The notes under the pieces are model-generated. The model saw only the letters and a list, made by a program, of their open reading frames with translations, ran no database searches and was not told the origin of the DNA. Both the position numbers and the translations under genes were made by a program. Positions 9,175-19,234 of a DNA stretch of 53,157 nucleotides are shown in pieces; within the stretch, counting starts at the first letter, position 1; every line of letters starts with the position of its first letter. Origin of the DNA: a virus (Duplodnaviria > Caudoviricetes); IMG/VR virus record IMGVR_UViG_3300024433_000009, positions 1-53,157 of that record; one strand, written 5' to 3'.

Positions 9175-10383
9175 ATGGCGGTAACGCAGAAGAGTAAATG
9201 GGATAATGTAGGCACGGAAATACCTGCTGGACAGGCGAAATACGAAGTCGGTAAGCAGCCGATCGCAGAATACGACAACTGGATTAATTACAATCTTGCG
9301 AAGGACATAGAGAACATAATTGCAGATGTGATTAATAAGTTTAATGCGAATACCATATTGAAGGCGGATACAGATAATACGCCAATAGCGCTTACGATTG
9401 ACGAACAGAGAATACTTGGGAGAATCACCGGCGGAACTATCGCAGGATTAACGGCAGCGCAAATTAGGACGCTAATAAACGTAGAAGATGGTGCGACTAA
9501 GTATCCCGATACCGGTGAACAGGCTTTCTTGGATGCAGACCATACGAAGTTAGATGGCATCGCAACTGGTGCAAACAACTATTCGCATCCTTCTGCACCA
9601 CCATGTCAAGCAGCAACGGCAGCACAAACTGGTCATGCTACAGCAGCTCAGATATCAAAATTAAATAGTATAGAATCGGGAGCAACAGCCGATCAGACGA
9701 AAGCGGATATTGATGCGCTTGCCATCAATGCAGGGCAGGTGGACGGCATAGAAGGCTCAGCGATATTCAAGAAGGACGGTTCAGTAGCAATGACGGGCGA
9801 TTTAGATATGAGTTCCCAAGCATTTTATTCATCTGCATATCTCTATGCAAAAGCGGATTTCTATCCCGATAGTACTGCTAATAATAGATATTTGGGGGGT
9901 TCCGGAGCCAAATGGGGACATATCTACGGAGTTGTAGTCCACGAAGGTGATGTAGCATTTACAGAAAAAGAATGCGTTATCTGCGGAAAGAAATTCAAAC
10001 TTGGCGACAATCTCATTCTCAAAGTAATTCAGTTTGATGAGGAGACAGAAGAGCCGATGGCAATACCAATCCATGCAGAATGCGCAAGCAAGCATAAGAC
10101 GTTTACAAAGAAATACGCAATTAAAGAAGATTACGATGTATGGGATGAGGACAAAGGTGAAATAGTAACTCGGAAACGTAATAAGACCATTAAGAAGAAA
10201 ATAGTGAAGAAGAAGATTAAGCAAGGATATGAATTAGACACAACAACGAAGAAGTTCTGGAAAATGGAGGAGCAAGCAGATAAGATGGCAAGAGACAAGA
10301 TGGTGTCGAAGGTAGAAGCAACGGAAGACGTAGAAGAAGAGATAAGCGAAATAGTATATGAAGAGAAGGAGTTTGTAATATGA
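9175..10383 (+). CDS. Tail fibre protein
   Basis: KLDGIATGAN and KLNSIESGAT fibre repeats, DGSVAMTGDL motif; follows the baseplate genes. Confidence 0.8.
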   Translation: MAVTQKSKWDNVGTEIPAGQAKYEVGKQPIAEYDNWINYNLAKDIENIIADVINKFNANTILKADTDNTPIALTIDEQRILGRITGGTIAGLTAAQIRTLINVEDGATKYPDTGEQAFLDADHTKLDGIATGANNYSHPSAPPCQAATAAQTGHATAAQISKLNSIESGATADQTKADIDALAINAGQVDGIEGSAIFKKDGSVAMTGDLDMSSQAFYSSAYLYAKADFYPDSTANNRYLGGSGAKWGHIYGVVVHEGDVAFTEKECVICGKKFKLGDNLILKVIQFDEETEEPMAIPIHAECASKHKTFTKKYAIKEDYDVWDEDKGEIVTRKRNKTIKKKIVKKKIKQGYELDTTTKKFWKMEEQADKMARDKMVSKVEATEDVEEEISEIVYEEKEFVI

Positions 10384-10591
10384 ATTATATCGGATATGCA
10401 AGTGTCCAATAAACATCGTAACCCCTAATTAGCATGTCTGTGCGATTATTCTCGATACAGTAATAGCAAACACCGTTTCGCATACTAATTTTGTCATATT
10501 GCATCTATCACGGTCTCATGCGATTTGACCATTTTCGGATAATACACGTTATCTGTTTGGATAACAGAAGCTAAAGAAAAATACTACCTAT

Positions 10592-10608
10592 CGCAACTTT
10601 TATATACC
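10592..10608 (+). promoter_or_regulatory. Archaeal BRE/TATA promoter (early class)
   Basis: CGCAACTTTTATATACC; TATA box 30 nt before ATG 10629. Confidence 0.65.
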
Positions 10609-10628
10609 ATCTATCTGATATTACATAC

Positions 10629-10838
10629 ATGGCATATAGAAAAGAAGAGAAAAGCGAAGCGGAATTGGCGCATGAGTTTCGCGAACTCGCGCTAAAGCGG
10701 GGGATAACGGACAGGGAGGCATATTGGATATACCTCCACGTTCAGAAGATGCAGAAATACAATGCGAGTGAGAGGAGAATGTTGGAGGCAGATCAAGAGA
10801 TGAAAGTGTTGGAAAAGATGTTGCGAGGTGAGTTATAA
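10629..10838 (+). CDS. Hypothetical protein
   Basis: First ORF after the TATA box; ends with a GAGGTGA RBS for the next gene. Confidence 0.6.
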   Translation: MAYRKEEKSEAELAHEFRELALKRGITDREAYWIYLHVQKMQKYNASERRMLEADQEMKVLEKMLRGEL

Positions 10839-10840
10839 AA

Positions 10841-11029
10841 ATGGAAGAAATACTAAAAGGCACATATAGCGAACCAAGACATGTTCGCGCAGATGGAAGT
10901 GTAATATGGAGCATATGGCTCTTGGAGAAAAGCGGGCTGGTATCTGGCAATAGCGTTATAGCGAAAACAATCCCCAGCTCTGGAAAGATTGAGATAGAGC
11001 GACGCGAAAAGGTAGGGGGAGATGCATAA
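10841..11029 (+). CDS. AbrB/MazE-like DNA-binding protein
   Basis: RHVRADGSV...LLEKSGLVSG...GKIEIER swapped-hairpin pattern. Confidence 0.5.
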   Translation: MEEILKGTYSEPRHVRADGSVIWSIWLLEKSGLVSGNSVIAKTIPSSGKIEIERREKVGGDA

Positions 11030-11207
11030 TGCAAGCGCAATTCAAAGGGTGGCTGAAAAAGATTGACTGCCAGACATCGACAACAAAGCTAACAATCGAA
11101 GTAGATACAGAGAGAACGAAGCTTGATGAGATTAAGCAACTGCTTGAGACAGCCGTTGACATCAGCATTAGCGACAACCAGACCACCTTGGCGGAACATG
11201 GAGGTGA

Positions 11208-11450
11208 ATGATGGCCAAAAGCAACAACGTTCGCATCACAGAAGAAGCGCATCGGATTCTTGTAGAGAAGTCAGAGGAACACGACATGAGCATGAAAGAA
11301 GTTGCCAGCGAAGCGATTATAGCGTTATTCCGAAGAGAACACAGAGAACGAAGATTGTTTGCGGATTATCGGCGATATGGATTCGGGTTACTCGCTGAAG
11401 GTGCGATTGTGGGCGGACTCGTGATGTTCTTTTTAGGAGCAATAATATAA
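11208..11450 (+). CDS. RHH DNA-binding protein with C-terminal hydrophobic helix
   Basis: NNVRITEEAHRIL...SMKEVASEAI RHH pattern, then GAIVGGLVMFFLGAII. Confidence 0.6.
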   Translation: MMAKSNNVRITEEAHRILVEKSEEHDMSMKEVASEAIIALFRREHRERRLFADYRRYGFGLLAEGAIVGGLVMFFLGAII

Positions 11451-11451
11451 A

Positions 11452-11862
11452 TTGAAAAACGAAGAACGAACTAGAAAATACGGCAAAGAACAATATGAAA
11501 AATGGCAACAACAAATACAAATATGGAATAATAACAATCCAAAACAAATAAAACAATATCAACATGAAACATCCAGAAAAGGTGGAAAATATTATGAGGC
11601 ACACGAGCGATATGCTTCATCAGGGGTACAGCATCTCCGAAATTTGCTTAGAAGCAGTCACCGCCAGCATTATCGCCCATACAAACAAATAATAGCCCCA
11701 AAAAGCCAAATCCACCACGAATGGATACCAAGCACTGCAGATTACAGAGGGGCCGCCTTAGTCGAAGCGGACCAGCATATGCACGGATTCGTAGACGTTA
11801 TCCAAATTTTAGAAGGAAAAATAACACTATTGACGGAAGAAGAGGTTAGGAGTGCTTCTTAA
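11452..11862 (+). CDS. Putative HNH-like protein
   Basis: QIHHEW...LVEADQHMHG His pattern after a basic helical N-terminus; TTG start. Confidence 0.4.
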   Translation: MKNEERTRKYGKEQYEKWQQQIQIWNNNNPKQIKQYQHETSRKGGKYYEAHERYASSGVQHLRNLLRSSHRQHYRPYKQIIAPKSQIHHEWIPSTADYRGAALVEADQHMHGFVDVIQILEGKITLLTEEEVRSAS

Positions 11863-11863
11863 C

Positions 11864-12193
11864 ATGACAACTAAGCGTGCGTGGAAACTTTTAGAACAGC
11901 GCGTATGCGCAAAGTTTGGAGGGCGCAGAACGCCACTATCCGGCAGCAACAGTCAGCATGGCACCGCAGCGGATTGCATTGAAACGGATTATCCATGGCT
12001 CTATACTGAGATAAAGCTCCGAGCTTGCTTTCTGCATCATACCATATTCAAGCTTGTAGCGAAAGCAGCACAGAAAGAAGGCAAAACGCCTATTCTGGTT
12101 ACGCATGTGAAGAATGAAGCAAGCGAACTGGTCACGCTGAAAATTGAGGATTTCTTACAAATGGTGCGTTCGCGGAGGGAACAAGAAGAATGA
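11864..12193 (+). CDS. PD-(D/E)XK nuclease, Holliday-junction-resolvase-like
   Basis: WKLLEQRV...RTPLSG...ADC...YTEIKLR motif order. Confidence 0.75.
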   Translation: MTTKRAWKLLEQRVCAKFGGRRTPLSGSNSQHGTAADCIETDYPWLYTEIKLRACFLHHTIFKLVAKAAQKEGKTPILVTHVKNEASELVTLKIEDFLQMVRSRREQEE

Positions 12194-12534
12194 AAAACTT
12201 AGAAGAGAAATTGGATAAGGATTTTGAAAAGCTCCGGATAAAACCGCGGATATTTCATTTTGTCGGCGATAACCTTGTCTTTCCGTATGCAGGAATAACA
12301 ATAGTGAGCACCGCGAAATACTCAGATTACAAAAGAGTTCTGAAATACGTCAATCGTGCTATCGATCAAACCAGCTTTTCTGAATATCACAATACTGGAT
12401 TTCTAAAATTACGCCTAAATGATTCTACTTGGGGCGCTGCAATTTGCGATAAGCGTGATGTATTCAACCGCAGATTAGGACGGGTCATCGCAAAAGGAAG
12501 GTTGCTAAAACGACTAAGGGAAGAGGTGAAATAG
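12190..12534 (+). CDS. Conserved viral hypothetical protein
   Basis: GAAICDKRDVFNRRLGRVIAKGR resembles a widespread small phage family. Confidence 0.55.
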   Translation: MKNLEEKLDKDFEKLRIKPRIFHFVGDNLVFPYAGITIVSTAKYSDYKRVLKYVNRAIDQTSFSEYHNTGFLKLRLNDSTWGAAICDKRDVFNRRLGRVIAKGRLLKRLREEVK

Positions 12535-12668
12535 TGGAAATGGAGAGCCCATGTTTTTCGTGTGAACATATTCAGGGAAATAGATGCACCTTATACGGTC
12601 TTCCAATTTTACACGACAGCAGATTTTGCGATGGCTACAAGCGAAAGAAGGAGGGGAAATAGCAAAAA

Positions 12669-12917
12669 ATGAATGACACTCAACGCGAGATAATCCGCAT
12701 ATGTGAGTATATTGGAGACTCTGGATGGCTTTCTACGAATTATTTTACGCTAAGAATCAAAAAGACTGATGATATCATAGCAAAAAACCTAAAAATTCTT
12801 TTTGATGACGGCACCCTCGAAAGGAAAGCTGCAGGAAAACCCTGGCGTTATTATTATCACTTGAAAAGAAGCGGGAGAGAAATATCGATAAATGAAAAAA
12901 AAGGAAGTAGGAGGTGA
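12669..12917 (+). CDS. Winged-helix DNA-binding protein
   Basis: IAKNLKILFDDGTLER...YYYHL wing pattern. Confidence 0.55.
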   Translation: MNDTQREIIRICEYIGDSGWLSTNYFTLRIKKTDDIIAKNLKILFDDGTLERKAAGKPWRYYYHLKRSGREISINEKKGSRR

Positions 12918-13192
12918 AAAGGAGGTAAAATGAAATATGGGAGTAGAAAATTAGAAATAGGTGAAGAGGTTAGAATAGTAGATTTGGAGAACAATACTTT
13001 TATTAGTGCAAAATACCGTGGCGATATAGATATACACGGTGAGTTCGAGGGGGGGTTAGCTTTCTGTCGCGATACCCCCAAGTTTGAATTAGAAGATGGT
13101 AGTTTTAAATATGGTTATGAGTGTTGGTGGATTCCCGAGAAAGAAGCTGAACGAACTCGCCAATTTCTAAAAGAGAAGGGGGATATTTGACA

Positions 13193-13273
13193 ATGTTAGG
13201 AGAACCTATGATATTCGCAGTTGAAGGACACGTGGACATGATCCGAAATGGATTACAAGAAAAAAGCAAATGA
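13193..13273 (+). pseudogene. Truncated fragment resembling the N-terminus of the ASCH gene
   Basis: MIFAVEGHVDMIRNGL compared with MIFNIPGHIAMIQNGL at 14065; stops after ~26 codons. Confidence 0.45.
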
Positions 13274-13409
13274 GTTCATAGACATTTTAGAAGTGGCAAA
13301 ATGTTTAGATAGCAAAAAAAAGGAAAAGGTGAAGAAAAGAAGATGAAAGAATGTCCATATTGTAGAGTTGAAATGAAAACTGGGATCGTCCTTCTCAAGA
13401 CGGAAGAAA

Positions 13410-13565
13410 ATGATGAAACATAATATCACGGCAATGAATTACACCGGTATTTGCTTTCATTGCAAACAAGAACTCAAAACAGAGAAGGAGAAAGAACAAT
13501 GTTATTGTGAGCGGTGCTGGGAAAAATATACGGAAGAAATGAAAGATGGGAAAACTAATTCGTAG
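13410..13565 (+). CDS. Zinc-finger microprotein (51 aa)
   Basis: CFHC...CERC; clear paralog at 26507. Confidence 0.65.
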   Translation: MMKHNITAMNYTGICFHCKQELKTEKEKEQCYCERCWEKYTEEMKDGKTNS

Positions 13566-14064
13566 GAGAAGCGGACAAATGAAAAACATGAAAGATGCAA
13601 TAGAAGCGATAAAAGAGACAGCAGACAAAGAAGGCATTGTAGTGTACAACCCGATGAATCTAAAAGTCAATAAATATGATAGGATCGCATTGGAACTGAT
13701 AGAACAACTACAAGATTACTCTTTTGGCGAAGCGATAGAAATACTACAAACGGCAATATTCTGGCTAGTGCTACTCAATTCTATAAAGGCAGCGGATAAT
13801 GAAATTGACGAAAACAAAATCAAAAGCGGAGTGGTTCTGACAAAGGAAGAGAAAGAAGAAAAACGAAGAGACGAAATTCTTGACGAAAAATTAGAACGGA
13901 GAAGATATTAAGGCTAAAGGGCTAGATCAAAAAGGAAAAAGGTGAAGAAAAATGAAAGAATGCCCATATTGCGAAGGGATAGAAATGAAAAAAGCGGAAT
14001 GTGATACTCTCACACATGAATGCAGATACATCTGCCCTAATTGTGGATACGAGGATACAGAACA

Positions 14065-14454
14065 ATGATATTTAATATACCAGGGCATATTGCGATGATT
14101 CAAAATGGGTTATTCTGTGATAGATTGCGTAATTTTTGTCTTGGTATGATTGTAAAGACGCAAACCCGCAGATTAAACAGAGGCATATATCAAGTCGGTA
14201 AGGATTACGCAGTGCAGCGCAAACGAGGCGTGAAGGCAGAACCAGATATTAGGATAGTGATGGATAGGATATGGGAAGAACGAGAAGTCACCAACACAGT
14301 TCTTTCATACATATCAAAAGAAAATGCATGGGCAGAAGGAGGATACCAACCAGAAGAATATGAAAAAGTCTTTCGAGAACTCAATCCGAAATGGGACGGC
14401 TTTAGCAGATGGGCGTTTGAGTTCCATGCGATAAAATTAGGGGAGGTAGAATGA
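14065..14454 (+). CDS. ASCH/PUA-like domain protein
   Basis: KTQTRR motif, then AWAEGG...F...W. Confidence 0.7.
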   Translation: MIFNIPGHIAMIQNGLFCDRLRNFCLGMIVKTQTRRLNRGIYQVGKDYAVQRKRGVKAEPDIRIVMDRIWEEREVTNTVLSYISKENAWAEGGYQPEEYEKVFRELNPKWDGFSRWAFEFHAIKLGEVE

Positions 14455-14665
14455 TCTGCGAACTTATGGATTGCGAAAAGTGCATTCTCGAAGAGATAGA
14501 CAACAAAGAATCCAAACGAAACGACATCGCGATGACTTACGCCTTCTGCATATCTTCAAGAGAAAAGCCGAATTTTGGAAAGATAAACAGGGCGATAGTA
14601 CAGAGATGGAGCCGTAGCGGACTGGACTATATTAAGAGAAGAGCATGGAGGCAGGAGTTCCCAGA

Positions 14666-14968
14666 ATGACCGATGGCATCATAGAATTGGATAGCGAATT
14701 CGCCAGGGCGATCGGGTTCACAAGCGATAAGTTTGATGGATGGTTATGGAGACACAATAATTTTATCTTTATCTCGTTTATCCGGAGCAAACAGAAACGA
14801 CAAGGCAACTTCGGTAGGCTTCTTGATACCATTTTAGAGACAGGATCAAGAATAAAAGTTCCCACTCCTTCAGGGCTAATGAAAATAATCCTACAACGGA
14901 GAAGATTTAAGCAGACAGAAGAATATGATGAACTTATGCGACCAGTTGAAGTATGGGTTAGTCAATGA
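14666..14968 (+). CDS. GNAT-like protein
   Basis: FISFIRSKQKRQGNFGRLL resembles GNAT motif A. Confidence 0.5.
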   Translation: MTDGIIELDSEFARAIGFTSDKFDGWLWRHNNFIFISFIRSKQKRQGNFGRLLDTILETGSRIKVPTPSGLMKIILQRRRFKQTEEYDELMRPVEVWVSQ

Positions 14969-15101
14969 TTGAAGACCCCACACTTCACGGATTCGTTGCA
15001 CGCCTGCGAACCAAGTCCGAGCTCGAGGGGTTGACACATTTTGAGCGTAAGTATCTTGAGGCTGCGGAAAGGCGGGCGAGAAGAGAGGGCGATAAAGGAA
15101 G

Positions 15102-15299
15102 ATGAAAAATGGAATGGAAATGGAATGGATGTGTGACTGGTTTGTTTTGTTATGTGGGCTGGTGCAATGGTTAATACTTTTAATTGATGTGCTATTTATT
15201 CATGACTTCGAGGGTATGTATCAAGAGATTGTGATTGCTGCATCAGTATTTACTATTATGGGCGCTGTGATAATGGTGATATTTCATTTGGGGGAATAA
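15102..15299 (+). CDS. Small membrane protein
   Basis: Two hydrophobic segments. Confidence 0.5.
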   Translation: MKNGMEMEWMCDWFVLLCGLVQWLILLIDVLFIHDFEGMYQEIVIAASVFTIMGAVIMVIFHLGE

Positions 15300-15753
15300 A
15301 AATGGAATGGGAATGGGTAGACCGGTAAGTGAGCAGGGAAGAGAAGACTTAGAACTTGCAAAGAATTGGGGATGGTGCATTGCAATAGAGTTAGGCAAGG
15401 AGAAGGGGGACAAACAAATAAGGTACGCTGCCCTGCCTTCGAGTTCAGCGATGTAAGCTAATGTTTTATCTGTGGTTGATAGTTAGTATTAAAAAGGTTG
15501 TTTGGTTCGCATAGGTGGACTATGTGAAAGGCCGGTGCGGATTGGCGGGGTTGCTTTTAGAGGGGGGACGTTTTAGGAAAGGTTAAGAAGGAAAAGGTAT
15601 TTTAGGATAGGTAAAAGTAGCTATTTATATAGATAGCAATTTATCTCACTTTATCCGCTTCGTTTCCTATTTAAGGCATTATGCGCCCTTTTCGTTTTTC
15701 TCCTTTTCTTTGATTTTCGTCTTTTAGGCAGCCCCAACGAAACGAAAAAATAG

Positions 15754-15770
15754 AAAGCTTTATATACCCC
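15754..15770 (+). promoter_or_regulatory. Archaeal BRE/TATA promoter
   Basis: AAAGCTTTATATACCCC, identical to the copy at 21291. Confidence 0.7.
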
Positions 15771-15800
15771 TATAAATAATGCTATATCGGTGTATATAAG

Positions 15801-16037
15801 ATGAGAGAGAAAAAAGAGAAAGAGAAAGCAATAATGAGCTTCCATATTGAGAAGAAATATAAGGACAGAATAGAGGAGATAGCAAACAGTTTGAAAGGAG
15901 AGACCAAATCGGATGTGATAGAGGCGATATTAAATGCGTTCTTCACTGCGAATCCCGCGCCTATGGACATAGAGAAAAGCAGAGGGCTGGTAATAAAAAA
16001 GAGAAAAGAAAAGATTAGGGAGCTATGGGGCACATGA
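15801..16037 (+). CDS. CopG/RHH-type regulator
   Basis: IMSFHIEKKYKDRIEEIA...TKSDVIEAIL. Confidence 0.7.
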   Translation: MREKKEKEKAIMSFHIEKKYKDRIEEIANSLKGETKSDVIEAILNAFFTANPAPMDIEKSRGLVIKKRKEKIRELWGT

Positions 16038-16180
16038 ACAATGTAGTAAATAAAAAAAGAAATCCCCCCTTTTTGCCGGGGGGAGAAGCAATGAAGAGAG
16101 CCGAGGAAGGCTCATTTATTAAAAGATATATATACCATATAAAGTAATAAGACAAATCACAGTAAATATGGAAAAGAAAA

Positions 16181-17104
16181 ATGAAGAAAAAAGAGGAAGG
16201 AAGAGAAATTTTAGTAGAGAAAACCGACAACCAGCCACAACAATCTAAAATAGACAGAGAAGTAATCCGCGCAGCCAGAGTAATATACCAGCGAATTGTA
16301 GAAATAGTGAAGGAAGAAGACGACCTTACCCGCGAATATACCGCGCAGATAAAGCGGATGTTAGGGAAATACACAAATATATACGAATACCCGGATGGTT
16401 GGAGGGTATCAAAAATATTGCTCCCCGATCGCGCGACAACGTACGGAGAAGGATACCACAAAATCGCAATCGTAGAATCAACAGCCGAAACAGAACAGGG
16501 AGTCAGCGAAGCGATAAGAAGAGGGATAGAAGTAAAGACAAAATTAGAGAAATCACAAGTACACATCACCGCCGAAACGATTATCGTACTATCGCACAAC
16601 ATCTCTTTTGAAGTTGCGAACAAACTACGCGTTTTAATGAGCACTGCGCATCGGAAGATTTTCATTTATTCGGTGAAGAACGCAATCGGAGTAGCAAAGA
16701 ACGCACTAAAGAAGTTTGCCAATCTGTTCGCTATTAGGGCAAAAAAAATAAAGGAGTTACCAGGGGGCTTGAAAGAAGAGATGCAAACCTTGGCAGACAC
16801 ACTACAAAAGCGAGGAGAGCAGCTATTTAACTCGGTATCGCAACTCGCGAAAGCACTAAAAATAATAATCGTGCCTAAAAGAGAGCTCAGAAAAGCCAGA
16901 GATGCAGCATGGTTATATGCGGCGAAAGCAAGAGAATGGGGCGTTAAGGTTTGGATAACCCCAGAGGACTGGGATGACCTTGATGTAGTATATCAAAAGA
17001 TAAACACTGCCGCGCAACTGCAAGGGATAGACCTCTTTGAGATGGAACAAAGTGAATATAAAGCAGAAGCAAAACGGCGTTTGAATCAACTGAGCCCAGG
17101 ATAA
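16181..17104 (+). CDS. Hypothetical protein (307 aa), possibly restriction-endonuclease-like fold
   Basis: Long ORF; weak LLPDR...IAIVES pattern; lies next to the largest non-coding region. Confidence 0.55.
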   Translation: MKKKEEGREILVEKTDNQPQQSKIDREVIRAARVIYQRIVEIVKEEDDLTREYTAQIKRMLGKYTNIYEYPDGWRVSKILLPDRATTYGEGYHKIAIVESTAETEQGVSEAIRRGIEVKTKLEKSQVHITAETIIVLSHNISFEVANKLRVLMSTAHRKIFIYSVKNAIGVAKNALKKFANLFAIRAKKIKELPGGLKEEMQTLADTLQKRGEQLFNSVSQLAKALKIIIVPKRELRKARDAAWLYAAKAREWGVKVWITPEDWDDLDVVYQKINTAAQLQGIDLFEMEQSEYKAEAKRRLNQLSPG

Positions 17105-17296
17105 GCTAAAGAAAGAGAAACAGAAGAATGATAAAATCACGAGAAGGCGGAAGGTGGATGATTGGTGGGCATCGCTGGAGAAGATACAGAAATGGAAAGA
17201 AAGTATATATCAACAGGCATCTTCGGTTCAACTTTCTGCATGACAAATTCGCAGGAAGATTAACTTTTGAAAACTGGGATGAAAAAGGGAAAATAA

Positions 17297-18151
17297 ATGA
17301 TAGAAATAAGTAAAATAAGGTATTCGGAACTGAATCCGATAATGGCGATGCATCCAAATCCGCACATTCTTTTAGGACATGAGATATTCTGGCAGGAGAA
17401 AAGAGACGGCAGTAATATCGGCGCGTATCTGAACGAAGAAGATAATATCAACTTACGTAGCAGAAACATGGACATAGCGAGCGAAGACTTTCATATGATA
17501 TTCTTAGACACAGACGAAGCGGAGAACGTTAGAGAACTACTGATTTCAATGCGTGACGAATGGCATGATGAATGTGTTATCTTTGGCGAACTACTAACAA
17601 AAGGCAAATCACCAACCAGAACGGAATTACATGAGAAGAACGAATTTATCATTTTTGATGTCTGGTCCACTAAAATCAGCGGATTGATACCATACACTTT
17701 GGTATATCAGCACTGCTATCATTTTGGATTGCCTATTGTAGATTTATATGGAACATCACGGCATACAACACTTGAATCTTTATTAGCATTCCGGGATAAA
17801 ATTCTTAAAATAGCAAAAGAAACCGGTAGAGAAGGCACAGTCGGGAAGACCTTTGAAAAGAACACTAAATACAAATATTTCAAAGAAAAGTTAGATCTGC
17901 CTAAGCTCGAGAAGAAGCCGCGACATATTGAGGACGGAAAACCCCTATTGCCTCCCCTCCCCAAATCGGAAATATTGGGTGCATTGGACAAAGCTCTGGT
18001 GGATTTAGGTATGAGCGATTTTAAAGAAGTAAAAAAGGCGATGCCTCTATTTGCAGAATATGTCAGTGTGGAATGTAGAAAGCACAATTGCAGTAAACCG
18101 GAAGGTAACTTGTTTCAATATTATCGCGCAAAATTGGAGGATATGGTATGA
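17297..18151 (+). CDS. ATP-dependent RNA ligase-like nucleotidyltransferase
   Basis: Motif I EKRDGSN, III IFGEL, IIIa FIIFDV, IV EGTV, V YFKEK. Confidence 0.85.
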   Translation: MIEISKIRYSELNPIMAMHPNPHILLGHEIFWQEKRDGSNIGAYLNEEDNINLRSRNMDIASEDFHMIFLDTDEAENVRELLISMRDEWHDECVIFGELLTKGKSPTRTELHEKNEFIIFDVWSTKISGLIPYTLVYQHCYHFGLPIVDLYGTSRHTTLESLLAFRDKILKIAKETGREGTVGKTFEKNTKYKYFKEKLDLPKLEKKPRHIEDGKPLLPPLPKSEILGALDKALVDLGMSDFKEVKKAMPLFAEYVSVECRKHNCSKPEGNLFQYYRAKLEDMV

Positions 18152-18552
18152 GCGAGAAATGGGAGCGGTGGTCAAAAGAAGAACTCGCAATTCTCAAGGA
18201 GCACTATCCTATCTCGTCACGCGAAGTGGTTTTGGAATTGCTCCTTGGAAGAACATGGCGAGCCATCTGCAATACCGCGCAGAAACATGAAATACGCCGC
18301 CCGCGTTACGGCACCGTAAGAAGCACCGATTATCTCAAAAGTTTACATGACAAGCTCAGCACTGCGAGGCGCAATCGCACCGGTGGCTATGCGCCGTTTG
18401 CGGGCAATCACCATTCCGCAGATGCGAAATTGCGTATCTCAGTGAGCAATCTACACACGCGTGGGCATAGCATTGCGGAGATAGTAAGACGAAAAGGGAT
18501 TGCGGATGGGGACGTGAAGGGGATAATAAAAGAAAGGAGTAAGAAGAGATGA
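18148..18552 (+). CDS. DNA-binding protein (Myb/SANT-like repeat plus NUMOD3-like motif)
   Basis: WSKEELAIL...GRTWRAI and PFAGNHHSADAKLRIS. Confidence 0.6.
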   Translation: MSEKWERWSKEELAILKEHYPISSREVVLELLLGRTWRAICNTAQKHEIRRPRYGTVRSTDYLKSLHDKLSTARRNRTGGYAPFAGNHHSADAKLRISVSNLHTRGHSIAEIVRRKGIADGDVKGIIKERSKKR

Positions 18553-18776
18553 AATGTAGAGTTTGCGGAAGAGAAATAGGACTCTTCGGCTGGAACAAGC
18601 ATGTAGAACATCATAAACGAGAATACCTCAAAGCACTTGGAGAAAACTCGGTCATATGGTCACAGGTGGACTGGGAAGACGTGGTTCGATTCTTCAATCC
18701 GACAAATGCGAAACCCTCTTCGAAATACCAAAAACCTAAATTTGTAACACTTCAAAATTGGGAGAGTAAGAAATGA
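18549..18776 (+). CDS. C2H2-type zinc-finger protein
   Basis: CRVC...HVEHH. Confidence 0.55.
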   Translation: MKCRVCGREIGLFGWNKHVEHHKREYLKALGENSVIWSQVDWEDVVRFFNPTNAKPSSKYQKPKFVTLQNWESKK

Positions 18777-18826
18777 TGCAAGATGGAAAACGTATGGCGG
18801 GCGAGAAGGGAGGGCGATAAAGGAAG

Positions 18827-19234
18827 ATGAAATTAGAAGAACAAGTAACTTCGTTCGAATTGTCGAAGCGGCTGAAAGAGTTGGGGGCAAAGCAGGACAC
18901 CTTATTTTCGTGGATTGAATACACTGATGGAACTTTCCATGTGGAATTGACTAAGTGGGCTAAAAGTCAGTACTACGGGGGCATTGGGCGAAAAGAAAAA
19001 GAATTGTTTGCCGCCCTCACCGTTGCGGAACTCGGCGAGATGCTGCCCACTTTTTACACTTCATGGCGTACCGCTGATACATGGGCATGCGGTGATGAAT
19101 TGGACCAACACGGTGGCAAGGCATTCACGACAAAGACGGAAGCGGGTGCACGGGCTAAAATGCTGATCTGGCTCATTGAGAATAAATTAGTAGAGGGGGT
19201 GGAAAATGGGCAAATGCAACAAATGTGGACGTGA
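18827..19234 (+). CDS. Conserved viral hypothetical protein
   Basis: VTSFELSKRLKELG...ALTVAELGEMLP...ARAKMLIWL resembles a common phage family. Confidence 0.65.
   Translation: MKLEEQVTSFELSKRLKELGAKQDTLFSWIEYTDGTFHVELTKWAKSQYYGGIGRKEKELFAALTVAELGEMLPTFYTSWRTADTWACGDELDQHGGKAFTTKTEAGARAKMLIWLIENKLVEGVENGQMQQMWT

Noticed and set aside
9175-10383. Second DGR target in the tail fibre
   Set aside because: I saw no TR-like sequence at its 3' end or elsewhere by eye; a BLASTN of TR against the genome would settle this.
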